64,000 nucleotides of DNA from Candidatus Poribacteria bacterium. Its GTDB lineage: Bacteria; Poribacteria; WGA-4E; PCPOR2b. The notes under the pieces were generated by a model, which ran no database searches, was not told the DNA's origin, and saw only the letters and a list, made by a program, of their open reading frames with translations. The position numbers and the translations under genes are program-made. Shown one piece after another: positions 59,700 to 64,000 of the stretch. The DNA is taken from assembly GCA_965218095.1 (NCBI GenBank), contig OZ244587.1, positions 4,448,001 to 4,512,000 on the forward strand, written 5' to 3'. The stretch's first letter is position 1, and each line of letters starts with the position of its first letter.

Positions 59700-60434
59700 T
59701 CAAGGGCTGTTCCGACGCATGATACTCAATGTCTGTCCTGTCATACCACTGTTGGGCGGCTGTGCTGCGAGGAAGACTGCCGCGGTAACAACCTGCTCCG
59801 GTGCCTTCCACGGATCGCTGGCAGCCCGGAAGGTCTCGGCCTTTTCCCATCCGGGACGTGAAAGTTCAGTCTTCACGGGACCGGGGATGAGGATATTGGC
59901 GACGATGCCATCTTGCCATACTTCCTGTGCGATGGCCTGTGTTAGTCCATGCAGCGCGAATTTGGTGGCACAGTATACGCTGAGATTTGCGTGTCCGACC
60001 TGTCCCATACCAGAGCCCACGTTGATGATGTTCCCTCGCTGTTGGCGTTTCATGGTCGGCAAGACAGCACGGCAGCAGTGAACGACCCCCATGACGTTGA
60101 TTTGCCATCCAAATTCCCAATCTTCGTTGGTCGATTCCAAAAACCGACCGCCTGGATTGACCCCGGCGTTGTTCACAAGGATGTCGATTTGTCCAAACCG
60201 ATCCATCGTTCGCCTAGCAAGATTTTCGACTGCTGACTGCACCCGTACATCTGTTGGGACAGCGAGGGCTTCACCACCGTCTACCTGGATTTCATCCGCG
60301 ACAGCGTCAATCTGATCGGCACTGTGTGCGGCAATGACCACTTTCGCCCCTTCGCTTGCGTAGCCGATAGCGATCGCCCTGCCGATGCCGCGTCCGCCGC
60401 CGGTGATGATCGCGACTTTGTCTTCGAGCTGCAT
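59700..60434 (-). CDS. SDR family oxidoreductase
   Basis: TGGGRGIG, NNAG, YCATK. Confidence 0.95.
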   Translation of the reverse strand: MQLEDKVAIITGGGRGIGRAIAIGYASEGAKVVIAAHSADQIDAVADEIQVDGGEALAVPTDVRVQSAVENLARRTMDRFGQIDILVNNAGVNPGGRFLESTNEDWEFGWQINVMGVVHCCRAVLPTMKRQQRGNIINVGSGMGQVGHANLSVYCATKFALHGLTQAIAQEVWQDGIVANILIPGPVKTELSRPGWEKAETFRAASDPWKAPEQVVTAAVFLAAQPPNSGMTGQTLSIMRRNSP

Positions 60435-60469
60435 CGAATGTCCTTTCCTCTACAAATTTACAAGCATTT

Positions 60470-60982
60470 CTACCACTCGTCCCATCTGATGGCTTCCAGA
60501 TCTTTGGTCCGGATCATTGAGATTCTGTCGGATCTTCCGGATCTACTGTAAACCTTATATCTTGCCGCTTTTGCAGAAGAAACCATGCTATCCGGGTCAA
60601 CAACTTGTTCGACCAACGCGATTAAATCAAGGCGCTTTACAATCACAAACGTATCGATTTTTTCGACGGCTATCAGATCTGCCTTGCCATCGTAAAGCCA
60701 ACCCCGATCGTAGTTTCTCACGCCGTGCAACTCCACCCAGAACCAGGTATCTTGGACACGCGAATCAATACGACGGATCTTTTTTCGCGCCTTCACATCA
60801 ACCCTGAACTTCTTGGCAGGCTTCTCAATCAAGAAATCCCAATGTTGATGAATATTTGCATGGGCTGATGCTTTCGTGACCTTCCACCCTTTCATTTCGG
60901 CAAGTTGAACGAAGATATCTTCCGCCTCATCCCCTCTTTCCAATGAATCACCTCTATCATATCGATTACGTCTCGTGTCCAT
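60470..60982 (-). CDS. Putative PD-(D/E)XK endonuclease, partner of the upstream MTase
   Basis: G..AE..F, HWDFLI...VDVKARK, WVE; likely start ATG 60982. Confidence 0.65.
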   Translation of the reverse strand: MDTRRNRYDRGDSLERGDEAEDIFVQLAEMKGWKVTKASAHANIHQHWDFLIEKPAKKFRVDVKARKKIRRIDSRVQDTWFWVELHGVRNYDRGWLYDGKADLIAVEKIDTFVIVKRLDLIALVEQVVDPDSMVSSAKAARYKVYSRSGRSDRISMIRTKDLEAIRWDEW

Positions 60983-60995
60983 GACCAATCCTTCT

Positions 60996-61784
60996 TTAGA
61001 GTTGTAATAGCGGCTGATGAACCTTTGCCTCCTCAAGCAACCTTTTTCGAGCGAGATCGCAGTAGCTCTCGTCAAAGTCAATGCCTATCCCCTTGCGATT
61101 GTTTTGAAAACAAGCAATCAGCGTAGTTCCACTCCCCAAGAAAGGATCTAAAACCGTATCGCCAACAAAACTGAACAGTCTGATACATCTGTTTGGGAGT
61201 TCGGTCGGGAAGGGGGCAGGGTGCCCGACCCGCTTTTTACTCTCACCGCTGAAAGTCCATACACCGTTTGTCCATTCCAAAAATTCCTCACGAATGATGT
61301 CAGATTCTCTGCTTCCCCCTTGTTTTTTCCATACTGCTTTATACAAGACGACAATCACCTCAACAGGGGCGATGACGTAGGGCGCTGATGCACTCAACCA
61401 GGACCCCCACGCCGTTCGTCTTGAGATATTCTGCTCATTCCAGATGATGGTCGAATGATATTTCCAGCCAATCTCTTTTGCAACTGTTGTAATATCGGCA
61501 CAAACGCTTTGCTGCCCGCCTTTATTCTTATCAAGTGGAATGTTAAGACAGAACCGACCATCAGGCTTCGCCATCTGATAGCATTTCTTTATCCATTCCC
61601 TTGAAAAGTTCAGATAATCTTGATATGTCATTTGATCATCATGGGTACCGTATTGAATATCCACATTATAGGGTGGGGAGGTGATGATCAGATCGACAGA
61701 TTCTTCGGGGACACAATCCGTTGTCAGAATATCATCCTTGTAAATCCATAAAGTGTCTGTATGAAAAAAGAGCTTATCCGTCAT
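60996..61784 (-). CDS. DNA methyltransferase, beta class (N4C/N6A)
   Basis: TSPPY, HPAPFP, DPFLGSGT. Confidence 0.95.
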   Translation of the reverse strand: MTDKLFFHTDTLWIYKDDILTTDCVPEESVDLIITSPPYNVDIQYGTHDDQMTYQDYLNFSREWIKKCYQMAKPDGRFCLNIPLDKNKGGQQSVCADITTVAKEIGWKYHSTIIWNEQNISRRTAWGSWLSASAPYVIAPVEVIVVLYKAVWKKQGGSRESDIIREEFLEWTNGVWTFSGESKKRVGHPAPFPTELPNRCIRLFSFVGDTVLDPFLGSGTTLIACFQNNRKGIGIDFDESYCDLARKRLLEEAKVHQPLLQL

Positions 61785-61898
61785 ATATTACCCATTAAGG
61801 AAAATCCTCTATCCTTCTCTTCCCTTATTGAAACTCTTCAAGTTTTTTGCAAAAGTTAGCACGACTGGACTTGTTACGTTTCAGGTTTGACAGTATTA

Positions 61899-62057
61899 GG
61901 TTCTGTTGACATTTGACGGATTGAACCAATCTCCGTTCCGAGAGTCTTCGACCTGATGTGCCTTGAGGCAATTTCGGACAACTGTTTTGGTTTTTGGCGG
62001 GTCGCACGATGATTACAGCGTTTGCCGAATTCGCGACAGCGAAATGTCAACAGAACC
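61899..62057. mobile_element. 159-bp MITE with IS5-family TIRs
   Basis: TA-GGTTCTGTTGACATTT...AAATGTCAACAGAACC-TA; interior unrelated to the transposase gene. Confidence 0.92.
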
Positions 62058-64000
62058 TAACCTTTCACTACGCCGATTGGCCTGAGTCGCGCCACACGCC
62101 GTGAAAGCCCTGCCGCATCAACAACCTTGACGACTTCATCCACATCTTTGTAGGCTTCAGAGACTTCCTCGTGAAGTGTGCGCCTTCCTTCGGCTCGGAC
62201 AAAGATACCCAGTTTCTCAAGGTCCTGCACGATGCTACGTCCCTTCGTGACTTGCATCGCTTTCCGACGCGAGAGCATTCTGCCTGCACCATGGCATGTT
62301 GTTCCCCATGTCTGCTCCATCGCTGACGGGTTTCCGACCAGTACATAAGAGGCTGTCCCCATATCGCCGGGAATCAGGACAGGTTGCCCAACCTTCTGAT
62401 ACTTGTCGGGAATCTCTGGGTGCCCTGCCGGAAACGCTCGCGTTGCGCCTTTGCGATGCACGAACAGTTCACGTTCAACACCATCGACGCGGTGATTTTC
62501 AAACTTACCGATATTATGCGCGACATCGTAGACCAACTCTAAGCCAAGTTCATCTACCCCGGTCTCGAAGAAATCCATGAACGTCTGACGCACCCAGTGC
62601 ATGATACACTGGCGATTATTCCACGCGTAGTTTGCGCCACACGCCATCGCCGTGATATAGTCCTGTCCTTCTTTTGAATTAATCGGGGCAGAAGCGAGTT
62701 GGCGGTCGGGGAGATCAATTCCATACTTCTTCGCAACCTCGACCCATGTTTTGACGTGCTCGTCGCACACCTGATAGCCGAAGCCACGTGAACCGCTATG
62801 GATCATCACGCAAATCTGTCCCTCTGTCAGCCCCATCACTTCAGCGGCTTCCCGGTACATCACTCGATCTACGACCTGGACTTCTAAGAAGTGATTTCCA
62901 GAACCAAGCGTTCCAAGCTGATTTTTTCCGCGTTCGAGGGCGCGTTTGCTGACGGCATCTGCATTGGCGAGCGACAAAAAACCGTTTGCCTCCGTAAATT
63001 GAAGGTCTTCGAGAAAGCCGTACTCGCGCTCGACCGCCCAGCGCGCTCCCTGCTCAATCATGCGCTTTTCTTCTTGAGGATTCAGCCGAATCTTTCCACT
63101 GGATCCGACACCACAGGGAACGTTGTCAAAGAGCTTCCCCACGAAATCTTTGGTTTTGCCCTCTAGTTGCTGTACGTCTAAATTTGTGCGAATTAAACGG
63201 ACGCCGCAGTTAGAAACAACAAAACCGTTTGCAATAAAATTGTGATCTGGATGTTCAACCGTAAAATCGTAAACGTAATCATCAAACTCAAGTGGGGTAA
63301 TCAATTCAATGCGAGCCCAGACCATACCACTTTTGCCTAGGCGCTTAGTCGCTTCTTCCATGTACTCCTCGAAAGTTGGGAAAGCTTGGCTGATTCGTGG
63401 TTTCGTCTGTCGCCCTTCATAGACGGATCTTTCAACAAAATGCTCGTTAATATATTCAGACTCAATCTTGTTGGTAATTTCAGAGATCAACAGCCCATCT
63501 GCGTGCATTGCAACGGCAATTCTTGCACTGTTTTCTCGATCTTCAATCACTCGTTGTTTGAGCTTGAGATACTGTAGTGCAACATTTGCGAGTGTCTTAC
63601 GTTCTGCATTGTATTCAAACCCGATCTGTCCCCACAGCTTAATCAGGTTCTCATTCGCCCCTGAGATGACCAATCGCAATCGATAGGAAGCAGATCCATC
63701 AGCATTCGTTTGTTCTTTTCGCTGCCCGATCTTCTTAATCTGTACACTGAAATCTGCTAAAAGATCACCGATGTCTCGCAGGAAAGAGACACCACTATCG
63801 ACATAACCTTCCCTTTTGTTCATCGACATCTTAGGAGCGGCGATAGTGTAAGGGTGTCCTGTCATTGTGCCTGGGGATTCCAATTCAGCCCCGAATAACG
63901 CAGCTAGAAACAGGCGTTTCTGCCACAACGGTGCTTGCTTAATCCACTGTGTCACACGATAGTCCTGAGAGGCTTTCTTGCCGTGAGGTGCACCAAGCGC
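62057..64000 (-). CDS. rtcB: RNA ligase RtcB containing an intein; 5' part lies beyond the window
   Basis: C-extein has CGVRL, GTLGSGNHFLE, HSGSRG, HRKGAT, PGDMG, CHGAGR, YKD. Confidence 0.95.
   Translation of the reverse strand, partial: ALGAPHGKKASQDYRVTQWIKQAPLWQKRLFLAALFGAELESPGTMTGHPYTIAAPKMSMNKREGYVDSGVSFLRDIGDLLADFSVQIKKIGQRKEQTNADGSASYRLRLVISGANENLIKLWGQIGFEYNAERKTLANVALQYLKLKQRVIEDRENSARIAVAMHADGLLISEITNKIESEYINEHFVERSVYEGRQTKPRISQAFPTFEEYMEEATKRLGKSGMVWARIELITPLEFDDYVYDFTVEHPDHNFIANGFVVSNCGVRLIRTNLDVQQLEGKTKDFVGKLFDNVPCGVGSSGKIRLNPQEEKRMIEQGARWAVEREYGFLEDLQFTEANGFLSLANADAVSKRALERGKNQLGTLGSGNHFLEVQVVDRVMYREAAEVMGLTEGQICVMIHSGSRGFGYQVCDEHVKTWVEVAKKYGIDLPDRQLASAPINSKEGQDYITAMACGANYAWNNRQCIMHWVRQTFMDFFETGVDELGLELVYDVAHNIGKFENHRVDGVERELFVHRKGATRAFPAGHPEIPDKYQKVGQPVLIPGDMGTASYVLVGNPSAMEQTWGTTCHGAGRMLSRRKAMQVTKGRSIVQDLEKLGIFVRAEGRRTLHEEVSEAYKDVDEVVKVVDAAGLSRRVARLRPIGVVKG
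63209..64000 (-). mobile_element. Intein with a LAGLIDADG-type endonuclease region in RtcB (C-terminal part)
   Basis: FLAALFGAE, IGFEY, VYDFTV..HNFIANGFVVSN followed by Cys+1. Confidence 0.92.

Overview
Bacterial chromosomal window of about 50% GC. The gene mix (sulfatase, DUF1501 and DUF1549-DUF1553 proteins, Gfo/Idh/MocA oxidoreductases, iol genes, lptFG) resembles Candidatus Poribacteria or a PVC-like lineage, but that is an impression, not a result. Housekeeping loci are hslVU, lptFG, tRNA-Gly/Cys/Val, thrS-iscS-rluD, rho-rpmE-prfA-prmC, hflKC, lipA, fdxA and an intein-containing rtcB. They are interleaved with many mobile elements: four IS5/IS427-type copies, three GAGGGG-ended DDE elements, IS3, IS701, one unclassified DDE element, at least four MITE-like elements and REP-like palindromes. 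There are also two type II-like R-M pairs and many pseudogenes. The most notable observations are: a cold-shock domain fused to two tandem Hfq-like domains; an orphan one-spacer CRISPR mini-array whose leader was hit by a MITE; an IS5 lineage in which a 16-bp duplication removes the programmed frameshift; a MITE inserted silently into the rtcB stop codon; a fold-back mini-element made from an IS3 end; and a TA pair with both genes inactivated. All assignments come from manual motif reading; no database searches were run.
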